Source: Chitinophagaceae bacterium
GTDB taxonomy: Bacteria > Bacteroidota > Bacteroidia > Chitinophagales > Chitinophagaceae
Assembly: GCA_040289925.1 (NCBI GenBank)
Contig: PSMD01000009.1
Location: 368 to 64,367 of the forward strand
Direction of reading: 5' to 3'
DNA: 64,000 nt
Each line of letters begins with the position of its first letter. The stretch's first letter is position 1. The position numbers and the translations under genes were made by a program. The notes under the pieces were generated by a model. The model was given only the letters and a program-made list of their open reading frames with translations, ran no database searches and had not been told where the DNA came from. Of the stretch, positions 18,832 through 28,055 are shown one piece after another.

Positions 18832-19707
18832 TTATAACACATTCAAGATTTGCTCCTTTGCTTTTTCCAGTTCATCTTTCATCAGCACCACGCATTTTTG
18901 AATGGCAGAATCATAAGCTTTGGCACCGGTGGTGTTTATCTCCCTGCCTATTTCCTGCAAAATGAACGAAAGCTTTTTTCCTTTTGATTCTTCAGGCTCA
19001 GCCAGCACGGACATAAAATAATCGCAATGGTTTTTTAAACGCACCTGCTCTTCTGAAATATCAATTTTCTCAATGTAAAAAATCAATTCTTGCTCCAGGC
19101 GGTTGCTGTCGTAATTTTCTTTGCCCACTTTTTCTTCCAGCAGCTTTACCAGGCCTTCCCTGATTCTTTGCTGGCGTAATGGTTCCAGCTTTATTACTTC
19201 TTCCTGCAGTTTTAAAATATTGGTGATGCGTAAAATCAGGTCAGTCTCCAGGCTTTTTCCTTCTTCACCGCGGTGCAGGTTTAAATCTTCAATAGTTGCC
19301 AGTAAAATTTGCTGAAACTCCTGCCATTCTTTTTCTGTGAGTGTTTCACCGGTGGGAGTAATCACTTCCGGCAGCTTCACCAAAGTGCTGAGAATAGCTG
19401 AAGGATCCAGGTTTAGTTCGTTTGAAAGTTCAGCAAGCGTTTTATAATATGCTTTAGCCAGATCTTTATTAATAGAAACCGGTTTTGCATTTCCTGTTTC
19501 TTTCAGGCTTATGGTACAATCAACACTACCCCTGCCCAGCTTTTCAGATAGAATACGGCGAATATCAAATTCATAGGGTTTTAAAAAACCCGGAAGCTTT
19601 AATTGCAATTCAAATTGTTTTCCGTTCAGCGACTTTATATCAACTTGGAAAGTTTTATCACCAGCTGTTCTTTCCACCCTGCCAAAACCTGTCATTGATT
19701 TTATCAT
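18832..19707 (-). CDS. yicC: YicC-family stress-induced protein (DUF1732)
   Basis: MIKSMTGFGR N-terminus and EIGREINTTGAKA C-terminal motif. Confidence 0.85.
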   Translation of the reverse strand: MIKSMTGFGRVERTAGDKTFQVDIKSLNGKQFELQLKLPGFLKPYEFDIRRILSEKLGRGSVDCTISLKETGNAKPVSINKDLAKAYYKTLAELSNELNLDPSAILSTLVKLPEVITPTGETLTEKEWQEFQQILLATIEDLNLHRGEEGKSLETDLILRITNILKLQEEVIKLEPLRQQRIREGLVKLLEEKVGKENYDSNRLEQELIFYIEKIDISEEQVRLKNHCDYFMSVLAEPEESKGKKLSFILQEIGREINTTGAKAYDSAIQKCVVLMKDELEKAKEQILNVL

Positions 19708-19796
19708 GCAATCATTTTTGTAAGAAGTAAAGTTATTGGAATGAAACTAAACAGTAAGAAGTGTTGAATTTCCCAATAAAAAAATGCAAAAGACTA

Positions 19797-19871
19797 TAAA
19801 AGAAAAATCTCCCGGAAAACCAGGAGATAATATATGGATGGGTTAGTAAGTACCGGGAAATAAATTTCCCT
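19797..19871 (-). ncRNA. Candidate small RNA or 5' leader ending in an intrinsic terminator
   Basis: On the minus strand: near-consensus box TAATATTG (19882-19875); 5' hairpin GGGAAA-UUUA-UUUCCC (19870-19855); a ~26-nt linker; a 9-bp terminator stem AUCUCCUGG/CCGGGAGAU (19828-19807, one G-U pair, UUUU loop); then UUUUCUUUUAU. Confidence 0.3.
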
Positions 19872-20237
19872 ACACAATATTAAAAATAATTTTTCCGAAC
19901 TAAAAAAATTTCTTAAGGAATTTTATTAACATTTTTCAGATAGCTGTGAATAAGGACAATCTTAAAACCGATCGTTGTTTTCAGTTTTCATGTTCCTCAA
20001 AACCATTTTTTGAAAAACTACAATCTGCTTCCAAAAATTTTCAATCGCTGTAACTCTTAGCTGGCCGGTGTTTTACAAGATGATTATTACGGGTGAGAAA
20101 TAATAATTTCAATGCTCCAACTTTTTTCTTCTTCATTTCCTGCATCATCTTCAATGAATAAGAAGAAGGTATCTGCAGTAAAAAAAATTTCCAGGTTTAG
20201 TCCTTTCCATTCAAAAATGTTGCTGATATCCGCTTGT

Positions 20238-20245
20238 TATCTTTG
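20238..20245 (+). promoter_or_regulatory. Bacteroidota -7 promoter box (TATCTTTG)
   Basis: TAnnTTTG match 14 nt upstream of the lpxD ATG. The same 11-mer GTTATCTTTGC recurs upstream of suhB (57754-57764). Confidence 0.4.
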
Positions 20246-20259
20246 CCCAAAATTTTTTT

Positions 20260-21219
20260 ATGCGCTTTCAAAAACCTGTAGAGGCAAAATGGATAGCTGA
20301 ATTTTTGAATGCCGAATTAGTAGGCGAAGCGGAAGCAGAAGCAACCGGCATCAATGAAATCCATAAGGTAGAAAAAGGAGATGTGGTGTTTGTGGATCAT
20401 CCAAAATACTATGATAGATGTCTGAATTCAGCGGCCAGCTTTATCATCATCAATAAAAAACTGCAACCTCCTGCCGGTAAAACTCTTTTTGTAACTGAGG
20501 ATCCGTTTGAAGCATATCAAAAACTGGTGAATCATTTCCGGCCTTTCCATCCTTCTATGAAAATGATGAGTGAAAGCAGCACCATTGGCGAAGAAACTGT
20601 GATAATGCCCGGTGCCTACATTGGCAATGAAGTGAGGATTGGAAAAAATTGCATTATTCACCCGAATGTAACCATACTTGACCACTGCCTGGTTGGTGAT
20701 GATGTAGTAATACAAGCCGGCAGTGTAATTGGCAGCGATGCATTTTACTACAATAAAAAAACGAACCACCCCATTCACTATAAAAAAATGAATAGCTGCG
20801 GCCGGGTAGTGATTGAAGACGCAGTAGAAATTGGCGCAGGCTGTACTATTGACCGTGGCGTGAGCAGCGATACGGTCATTGGTGCAGGAACTAAAATTGA
20901 CAACATGGTGCATGTAGGCCACGATACAGTGATTGGCAAAAACTGTTTGATAGCTGCACAGGTTGGCATTGCCGGAGCAACTACCATTGAAGACGAAGTG
21001 ATTTTATGGGGGCAGGTTGGTGTTAGCAAAACACTTACCATAGGTAAAGGTGCGGTGTTGCTGGCGCAGAGTGGCGTACCGGCATCATTGCAGGGTGGCA
21101 AAACTTATTTTGGTTCACCGGCAATTGATGCAAAAGAAAAAATGAAAGAATTAGTTTGGGTAAAAAGAATTCCTGAATTATTCAAAGCTGTTTTTGGCAA
21201 TGAAAAAACAGCCGGCTAA
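20260..21219 (+). CDS. lpxD: UDP-3-O-acylglucosamine N-acyltransferase
   Basis: 319 aa. N-terminal LpxD-type domain followed by left-handed beta-helix hexapeptide repeats (IGKNCIIHPNVTI..., IGAGTKIDNMVHVGHD). Confidence 0.85.
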   Translation: MRFQKPVEAKWIAEFLNAELVGEAEAEATGINEIHKVEKGDVVFVDHPKYYDRCLNSAASFIIINKKLQPPAGKTLFVTEDPFEAYQKLVNHFRPFHPSMKMMSESSTIGEETVIMPGAYIGNEVRIGKNCIIHPNVTILDHCLVGDDVVIQAGSVIGSDAFYYNKKTNHPIHYKKMNSCGRVVIEDAVEIGAGCTIDRGVSSDTVIGAGTKIDNMVHVGHDTVIGKNCLIAAQVGIAGATTIEDEVILWGQVGVSKTLTIGKGAVLLAQSGVPASLQGGKTYFGSPAIDAKEKMKELVWVKRIPELFKAVFGNEKTAG

Positions 21220-22295
21220 GGAATGTAATCGTAAGGCAGAAGATCGGCAATGTTTTTCCAGCCCCAATAACCCTGGTTCACCCAATCTTTCTGATCATAG
21301 AAATAGCCGTTCTCTTTTATGACAATTGCATCCAGCAAATCAACATAGGAAATTTGGGCAGAAACATTTTTCGGCATTTTGTTTCTTTCCAAATACAACG
21401 GGTCGGGTTTTTTTTTGTAAGTCACACTTATCTTTCTTGGAAAATAAATTTCCACTTCATAGGTGCTGTCGTAAACGACATAGTAAGTTGTATCAAACGG
21501 GTTGGAAATAACATTAAACAACCTGTCGTTGTTTTCATCCAGCATAGCAATTTCAAATCCTTCTTCAGTTAAAGTACTATCGTAATAGCTTCTTGTAAAA
21601 TGCAGTTTTGAACCATAATAAGCAGCCTTCCGGTTTGTGCTCCATTTTTTCATCTGATCAAAGCTGCCCTGCATTTCTGTAAACAAACAATAGCCACGGT
21701 ACTGGCTGATCTGGGTTTTATAATAGTAAGTAAAGGAATCAAGCTGGTAACGCAAATTATAACCAAGTGCATTATTGGCAATTTGAATGGGCTCTGTTGC
21801 CAGCACTTTTAATTTGTCGCTGCGTTTGTAATAATAAAAATGAATGGCTTCGGGGTTTACAATTTTACATTGCCCAGCATTGGGAGTTGAGCCAATAAAA
21901 TTTTCCAGGAAAAACTTTCCGTATTTATCCCAGCCTTCCATTACTTCATTGCTGCTTTTCACAACTACTTCAGTCATGCTTTTTTCTTCCTTGGGCAACT
22001 CAATCATTAATGGTGTATTGTCATTACCATTTAACCGAATTGCTTTTGTTTGATAACCGGTAAAAGAAATAATCAGTTCATACCCGCCTGATTTCAACTG
22101 CATGGAGAACTCACCTTGCTTGTTGGTAACAGTGCCTGATGTAGTATTTTGACAAAACACCGAAGCCCCATACAATGGTTCTTTGGTGGCAGAGTCAACC
22201 ACCTTACCAGTAATGGTAAATTGGGCAAACATGTTAAATGAAAAAAGTAGAAGGAACGAGGTAGCCAGGATTTTGAAGCTTTTCTTAGTATTCAT
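21216..22295 (-). CDS. Secreted carboxypeptidase-regulatory-like (CarbopepD_reg) domain protein
   Basis: Signal peptide, then TITGKVVDSATKEPLYGASVF...TNKQGEFSM. Start moved to ATG 22293-22295. Its stop overlaps the lpxD stop. Confidence 0.6.
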   Translation of the reverse strand: MNTKKSFKILATSFLLLFSFNMFAQFTITGKVVDSATKEPLYGASVFCQNTTSGTVTNKQGEFSMQLKSGGYELIISFTGYQTKAIRLNGNDNTPLMIELPKEEKSMTEVVVKSSNEVMEGWDKYGKFFLENFIGSTPNAGQCKIVNPEAIHFYYYKRSDKLKVLATEPIQIANNALGYNLRYQLDSFTYYYKTQISQYRGYCLFTEMQGSFDQMKKWSTNRKAAYYGSKLHFTRSYYDSTLTEEGFEIAMLDENNDRLFNVISNPFDTTYYVVYDSTYEVEIYFPRKISVTYKKKPDPLYLERNKMPKNVSAQISYVDLLDAIVIKENGYFYDQKDWVNQGYWGWKNIADLLPYDYIP

Positions 22296-22323
22296 ATGCA
22301 GGTTAAAGATAAGCTGCAACTGT

Positions 22324-23379
22324 TTAAGGTTGCACCTGCTTTACGGCTTCCAGGTATTTTTTACAGGTTTTTTTAATGCTTTCTTCCAGCGGGGTAAAGG
22401 AAAACTGCGGAAGCGTTTGCAGAATTTTACTGTTATCAAACCCTATTTTGTTTTGAGATACTCTTGCGGTTTCACGGGTTAATAACGCCGGGCTGCTGCT
22501 GAGCAATGCTTTCATCGCTTCCAGCCGGGTAGCTATGCCTGTTAAAAAGGGAGTGGCTTTTTTATGTGGCCGTTTTTTTTCAAATTGATCGGCGATGGTT
22601 CCAAACAATTTATGAAAGCTCCAATTCTCCCCGCTTACAATAAATCTTTGCTCATTAATATCCGACTCCATCAGCAAGACTGCGGCTCTTGCCACATCTT
22701 CTATATCAACAAAACCATTAATTCCGGTAGTGTACCATGGAAATTCTTCATATACCGATTTAAACAACCGGCAACTGGTGGTATTCCAGTCTCCAAAACC
22801 CAGTACTGTGCTTGGGTTAATAATTACGCCATTCAAGCCTTCTGCAATTCCTCTCCACACATGCAACTCTGCCTTCCATTTGCTAATGGCATAGTTGGTG
22901 GTTAGTTTATTCAACTGCCATTTCTCTTCTTCATTTACCAGTCCGCTGATTTTTTTTCGTCCAATGGCTGCTACTGAACTGATGTGCACAAACCGCTGTA
23001 CATTCTTTTCAATCGCCGTGTTCACCACGTTGGCCGTGCCTTCCACATTCACCTGCATCATTTTCTTTTTATCTTTTTTATGAAAAGAAACAATAGCAGC
23101 AGAATGAATGACAGCATCAACCTGTTGCATGGCATTATCAAGAGAAATTACATCCAGCACATCTCCTTCTACCCAATCCACTCTTTCAAAAATTTCAGAG
23201 GGAATATAGAATGGAAGTTTGGAGCTTTTTCTCCGCAGTGCTTTTACAGCGTAGCCTTTTTCAACCAGTTCTTTAATAATATATGAGCCGATAAACCCTG
23301 TACCGCCGGTTATAAAAACTGTTTTCCGGAATGCTGTTGACTGAACATTATTTTGATTTTGTTGAAACACTGAAATCAA
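22324..23379 (-). CDS. NAD-dependent epimerase/dehydratase family (extended SDR)
   Basis: GGTGFIGS Rossmann motif and the catalytic YAISK (YxxxK). Confidence 0.8.
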   Translation of the reverse strand: MISVFQQNQNNVQSTAFRKTVFITGGTGFIGSYIIKELVEKGYAVKALRRKSSKLPFYIPSEIFERVDWVEGDVLDVISLDNAMQQVDAVIHSAAIVSFHKKDKKKMMQVNVEGTANVVNTAIEKNVQRFVHISSVAAIGRKKISGLVNEEEKWQLNKLTTNYAISKWKAELHVWRGIAEGLNGVIINPSTVLGFGDWNTTSCRLFKSVYEEFPWYTTGINGFVDIEDVARAAVLLMESDINEQRFIVSGENWSFHKLFGTIADQFEKKRPHKKATPFLTGIATRLEAMKALLSSSPALLTRETARVSQNKIGFDNSKILQTLPQFSFTPLEESIKKTCKKYLEAVKQVQP

Positions 23380-23388
23380 TACTTGCTT

Positions 23389-24246
23389 TTAAGATTTTGC
23401 TCCGTAATCATAATATCCCTTGCCGGTTTTGCGGCCTAATTCACCTTTGTCAACTTTTTCTTTTTGCAGGTAAGATGGTTTTAACCGTTCAGGCTTTGCC
23501 AACTGATCATACACCGAACAACTCACTGCATAATTCACATCGTTACCAATCAGGTCCATTAATTTGAAAGGACCCATTTTGAAACCGCTTGCTTCCATTA
23601 TCCGATCTATCTGATCAAAGCTGCAGTTTCCGGCTTCTGCAATTCTTAATGCAGTTATATAATAAGGCCTTGCTACACGGTTCACAATAAAACCGGGAGC
23701 ATCTTTGCAAACAACCGCCGTTTTTCCCATTTGCGTTGCCAGGACCACAAGAGTTTCAATTACTTCCCCCGCTGTAAATTCTGTTTTTACTACCTCCACC
23801 AATTTCATAATGGTTGCAGGGTTAAAAAAATGCATGCCGGCAACCCTGTGAGGATGTAAAACATTTTTTGCAATGGCTGTTACCGGCAGGGAAGAAGTAT
23901 TGGTAGCAAAAATGGTTTCGCCATGATTAATTTCTGCTAACTGGTTAAACAGTGAAATTTTTGCGTCAAGCTTTTCAATAATCGCTTCAATAATTACATC
24001 AGCCAGGCAATCGTGCAGGTTATCTGTAAATAAAATCCGCTGAAAGATCTCATCGGCCTGTACGGAAGAAATTTTATTTTTCTGCACCAGGGTTTGCAGG
24101 TTTTTTTGAATTGAATCATTTGCTTTTTGTAAAACCTCGGCATTCAATTCATACAAAACAGTATAAAAGCCAGCTGTAGCTGCAGCTTGTGCAATTCCAC
24201 TGCCCATAGTTCCGGCTCCGCAAACGCAAATTCTGTTTAACTCCAT
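23389..24246 (-). CDS. hbd: 3-hydroxybutyryl-CoA / 3-hydroxyacyl-CoA dehydrogenase
   Basis: CVCGAGTMGSGIAQ NAD motif and C-terminal 3HCDH domain (GFIVNR). Start moved to ATG 24244-24246 (MELNRICV). Confidence 0.85.
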   Translation of the reverse strand: MELNRICVCGAGTMGSGIAQAAATAGFYTVLYELNAEVLQKANDSIQKNLQTLVQKNKISSVQADEIFQRILFTDNLHDCLADVIIEAIIEKLDAKISLFNQLAEINHGETIFATNTSSLPVTAIAKNVLHPHRVAGMHFFNPATIMKLVEVVKTEFTAGEVIETLVVLATQMGKTAVVCKDAPGFIVNRVARPYYITALRIAEAGNCSFDQIDRIMEASGFKMGPFKLMDLIGNDVNYAVSCSVYDQLAKPERLKPSYLQKEKVDKGELGRKTGKGYYDYGAKS

Positions 24247-24320
24247 ACTAACAAAGATAGCCTGATCAACAGCATTGTATTTTATCAATTGTTTCTTTTC
24301 TCTTTAAAAAATATTTTTTC

Positions 24321-24923
24321 ATGGAAACAATGCAATCAACACCAACAACAACTGCTACAACCATTACCGCTTCAAACCGCGGAGTACTTGGATCAAAAAT
24401 TCCTGCTTCAATCGCATTCCTCATTGGATCGCTGCTTTTTCTTTTGCCATTTGTAGATATTAAATGTAATGGCGTGTCGCTGAAAAAAGTTTCCGGCGCA
24501 GAGCTGGTTACGGGTTTCGAGGTAAATACCGGCACCGATAATTCTGTACTAAGCAACATAGAAAGAGAGTCAACCGCAACGGTAAAAAAATCAGAAAAGA
24601 AAGATCCAAACATTTACGCCATGGCTGCCTTAGGCTTAGGTGTGCTGGGTTTTGTTATTTCATTGCTCAGCTTCAGTGGCCGCCCCATTCTTGGCGCCAC
24701 CTTAGGTATTTTGTCTTTTGTTGCAATGATTGGTTTAATGCTGGATGTAAAAAAGAAAGTGAATGTAGATGTTCCCAACTCTAACCCATCGCCGGGAGAT
24801 TTAAACATTGAAAACACTATGAAGATAACAGCAGACTTCACCGCTTTCTTTTGGCTGGCTGTTATTGCATTTTTAGCGGCTGCCATTTTTAGCTTTATGC
24901 AGCGGTCAAAAAGCACGGCCTGA
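24321..24923 (+). CDS. Hypothetical membrane protein
   Basis: 200 aa with about four hydrophobic helices, followed by a strong terminator. The antisense ORFs in the track are low-complexity artefacts. Confidence 0.55.
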   Translation: METMQSTPTTTATTITASNRGVLGSKIPASIAFLIGSLLFLLPFVDIKCNGVSLKKVSGAELVTGFEVNTGTDNSVLSNIERESTATVKKSEKKDPNIYAMAALGLGVLGFVISLLSFSGRPILGATLGILSFVAMIGLMLDVKKKVNVDVPNSNPSPGDLNIENTMKITADFTAFFWLAVIAFLAAAIFSFMQRSKSTA

Positions 24924-24942
24924 TAATTCTTTGTAAAAAGAA

Positions 24943-24970
24943 ATGCCCGTCATAACCGACGGGCATTTTT
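24943..24970. terminator. Bidirectional rho-independent terminator
   Basis: 9-bp stem ATGCCCGTC/GACGGGCAT (24943-24951 / 24958-24966) with T-rich runs on both strands, between convergent genes. Confidence 0.7.
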
Positions 24971-24988
24971 ATTTCTGAAATTCCTGAA

Positions 24989-25737
24989 TTAAAAGCCATA
25001 ACCGAGGCTAATGCCAAATGCACGAACGCCGGCAAAAGGACCGGTCAGCTTTGCATCAATTGTATTGTTGCCAACTGTTGCATCAATCTTCCACATCGGT
25101 ATGTCAATGCTCTCAATATCTTTTTCCCGGTCTTCTTCATCCTGCTGTGTTAAATCGCTCATGTCATCCGTACCATGAAAATCAGCTTTCATACCACCGA
25201 TAAAAGGATCAACAATAAACCAATCGAGAGTATCATTTTTACCAAGTGCCCATTGTGCACCCAGCATAGCACCGCTACCAAAATCATTAAACTTGCCTTT
25301 GACGTTTGCTACCTGCTTTACACCATTGCTTGGCATGTATTCATAATCCTGGTCGAATGACATATGCGTAAAACGGGCAAATGGAGTTAGGTACAAACCA
25401 ACCGGGGCACCTTTTTTACCAAAATAAAATCTGTACTCAGGTGTTACAGTTATTTTGCTGAAGGTGGTTGACTCAATGGCTTTACGGGCATCATCGTTTC
25501 CGCCAAACTGATCAAGCAAAGTGCTTTTAAAGGCAGGCCAACGTTTGGTGAAACACCTAAGCCAATAGCAAATGAATGGCGGTTGCTGATTACATGTTCA
25601 TACTGCAACTGGTAATACTACACCGCAACAGATGTCAAGTTAAATTTCAAGATGTTTTTGCCTGAGACATTGATGTCCTGCGCAAAAACAGCAGCAGTAA
25701 ACAGGCAGCCGGCAATAGGGGCGAACGTCTTTTTCAT
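24989..25737 (-). pseudogene. Outer-membrane beta-barrel protein, disrupted
   Basis: Signal peptide MKKTFAPIAGCLFTAAVFAQ from ATG 25735-25737. In-frame TAG at 25618-25620, then a frame change around 25520-25560. The C-terminus ends ...SLGYGF, an OMP-type terminal Phe. Confidence 0.65.
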
Positions 25738-25976
25738 AACTAACAGGTTTGTTTTTGAGATTTTTAATCAGTAATTACGATTTCCTGGCGGAAAACAGAG
25801 ATGAGGAAAGAAAGATTTTCCTGCCTGTACAGGCACTGTATTCATAAGCAGAGTTTCGTAAAGTTGCGCAAAGAAAAAGGAAAGCAGTGAAAAAAAATTT
25901 CTGTTTAAAAGAAATTGATTGCAACTAATCTGAGCAATTTTTTTTTAATAATTCAGGAAATATTGAATAATTTATC

Positions 25977-26000
25977 AGCTTTCATTTAAGGATGAAAGTT
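25977..26000 (-). terminator. Possible terminator hairpin downstream of the E1 gene
   Basis: Stem CTTTCAT/ATGAAAG (25979-25985 / 25992-25998), extendable with a G-U pair. The downstream U-tract is weak. Confidence 0.3.
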
Positions 26001-26003
26001 GAA

Positions 26004-28019
26004 TTAATAACTCATCAGCTTTTCAATCGCATCATTTAATCTTGACCTAGCAAGAAAGTTTTTTTCAAGCTCAATGGAAAAAGGAACCGGTGTATCTAAA
26101 GAAGCGCAGCGGATAACCGGTGCATCAAGCAGGTGAAAACAGTTTTCAGCAATCCAGGCAGCAATCTCACCACCAATTCCACCAGTCAATGTGTCTTCAT
26201 GTAGCACCAAAACCCGTCCGGTTCTTTCCACTGCTTCACGAATAGAAAAATAATCCAGCGGTAATAATGTTCTTAAATCTAAAATATCCATGGAGATTTC
26301 AGGATGCTTGGCTGCATAATCTTCTGCCCAGTGCACACCGGCACCATAAGTAATAATGCTGATGTCTTTGCCTTCTCTTGCATGCCTTGCCTTGCCAATT
26401 TCAATTTCATAATATTCTTCCGGCACCGGGCCGGTTACACTTCTGTACAAAGCCTTGTGCTCAAAATACATCACGGGGTTCGGATCATTAATAGCAGCAA
26501 TCAACAATCCTTTTGCATCCATTGGTGTTGCAGGATAGAGCACTTTTAAACCCGGCGTATGTACAAACCATGCTTCGTTACTCTGGCTGTGAAAAGGCCC
26601 CGCACCTACACCTGCACCTGTTGGCATTCGCACCACAACATCTGCATTTTGTCCCCAGCGATAATGAATTTTTGCCAGATTATTGACAATCTGGTTGAAA
26701 CCGCAGGTAACAAAATCGGCAAACTGCATTTCAACCATGCTCTTAAATCCTTCAAGCGATAAACCTAAAGCCGAACCAACTATAGCACTTTCACAAAGCG
26801 GAGTATTTCTCACTCTTTCTTTTCCAAATTCATCAACAAACCCTTCTGTTATCTTAAATGCACCGCCATACTCTGCAATATCCTGTCCCATTAAAACCAA
26901 ATTGGGATGCTGCTGCATAGATTGATGAAGACCTTCTTTAATTGCATCGATCATCCTTTTATCGTGAGTTATCAGTGATGAGTAATGAGTGGGTTTTGAG
27001 TTATCAATTACTTTAGCTATAAACCGTGTACTATGGTCTGTGGATTGAAACACATCTTCCAGTTCCTCCTCTGTGTCCGGAACAACAACCTGCCCTGCAA
27101 AACCCATCTTCAGCTCTTCTTCAATTTTATTTTTAAACTCTTCACGAATAGATTGAATAGCTTCTTCATTGAGCACACCGGTTTCTTTCAGATAATTTTC
27201 ATAATTCCTGATGGGGTCTTTCAGCTCCCAGATCTCAAATAGGTTTTGCGGAACGTATTTCGTGCCACTGGCTTCTTCATGCCCACGCATACGAAACGTA
27301 TTGCACTCGATCAGATAAGGTTTCTGATGCTCTATGCAATAATCACGTACACCTTTTACCGTATCGTATACCGTCAGCAAATTATTTCCATCAATCTGCA
27401 CACCTTCCATGCCATAGCCCTTTGCTTTATCCACCAAACTAATGCAGCGGTATTGTTCTGATGTTGGCGTACTTAGCCCATAACCGTTGTTTTCTATGAT
27501 AAAGATGACCGGCAGATCCCAGACAGCCGCCACATTCAATGCTTCATGAAAATCTCCTTCACTGGTTCCTCCTTCACCCGTAAAAGCCAGTGAAACTTTT
27601 TTTTCATTTCTTAATTTATAAGCTAACGCCACCCCATCAGCAATAGAAAGCTGCGGACCGAGGTGAGAGATCATTCCGCAGATATGATGCTGGCGATTAC
27701 CAAAATGAAAGCTTCTTTCTCTCCCCTTACTATATCCTTCTTTGCTTCCCTGCCACTGCATAAACAATTTGCTCAGCGGCATGTTACGGGTTGTAAACAC
27801 ACCCAGGTTGCGGTGCAGCGGCATGATCCACTCATCAGGTTGTAAAGCAAGTGTTGCACCTACTGCAATGGCTTCCTGGCCAACGCCACTAAACCATTTT
27901 GAAATTTTTCCCTGCCTCAGCAATACCAGCATTTTTTCTTCAATCATGCGTGGCCATAAAATGCGGCGATAAAATTCAACCAGCTGATCATTGGAAAGAT
28001 CCTTCCTGTCAAAATTCAT
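26004..28019 (-). CDS. Fused alpha/beta E1 component of a 2-oxoacid (branched-chain type) dehydrogenase
   Basis: 671 aa. N-terminal TPP-binding alpha part (GEGGTSEGDFHEALN) joined by a linker to a transketolase-like beta part (MGQDIAEYGGAFKITEG). Confidence 0.85.
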   Translation of the reverse strand: MNFDRKDLSNDQLVEFYRRILWPRMIEEKMLVLLRQGKISKWFSGVGQEAIAVGATLALQPDEWIMPLHRNLGVFTTRNMPLSKLFMQWQGSKEGYSKGRERSFHFGNRQHHICGMISHLGPQLSIADGVALAYKLRNEKKVSLAFTGEGGTSEGDFHEALNVAAVWDLPVIFIIENNGYGLSTPTSEQYRCISLVDKAKGYGMEGVQIDGNNLLTVYDTVKGVRDYCIEHQKPYLIECNTFRMRGHEEASGTKYVPQNLFEIWELKDPIRNYENYLKETGVLNEEAIQSIREEFKNKIEEELKMGFAGQVVVPDTEEELEDVFQSTDHSTRFIAKVIDNSKPTHYSSLITHDKRMIDAIKEGLHQSMQQHPNLVLMGQDIAEYGGAFKITEGFVDEFGKERVRNTPLCESAIVGSALGLSLEGFKSMVEMQFADFVTCGFNQIVNNLAKIHYRWGQNADVVVRMPTGAGVGAGPFHSQSNEAWFVHTPGLKVLYPATPMDAKGLLIAAINDPNPVMYFEHKALYRSVTGPVPEEYYEIEIGKARHAREGKDISIITYGAGVHWAEDYAAKHPEISMDILDLRTLLPLDYFSIREAVERTGRVLVLHEDTLTGGIGGEIAAWIAENCFHLLDAPVIRCASLDTPVPFSIELEKNFLARSRLNDAIEKLMSY

Positions 28020-28055
28020 GTCACGAATTTCACTGATTCGGTTTAAAAACCGAAA

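Noticed and set aside
20428-21101. Long antisense ORFs (164 and 107 aa) inside lpxD.
   Set aside because: These are typical artefacts of hexapeptide-repeat coding sequence. The plus-strand product has the full LpxD architecture.
24266-24916. Two minus-strand ORFs (115 and 100 aa) opposite the membrane-protein gene 24321-24923.
   Set aside because: The plus-strand ORF has clean TM helices and is followed by a strong terminator. The antisense ORFs lack any feature.
26004-28019. Fused E1 alpha/beta dehydrogenase as a novel fusion.
   Set aside because: To my knowledge this fusion is the normal arrangement in Bacteroidota. The only oddity is the absence of E2/E3 genes nearby.
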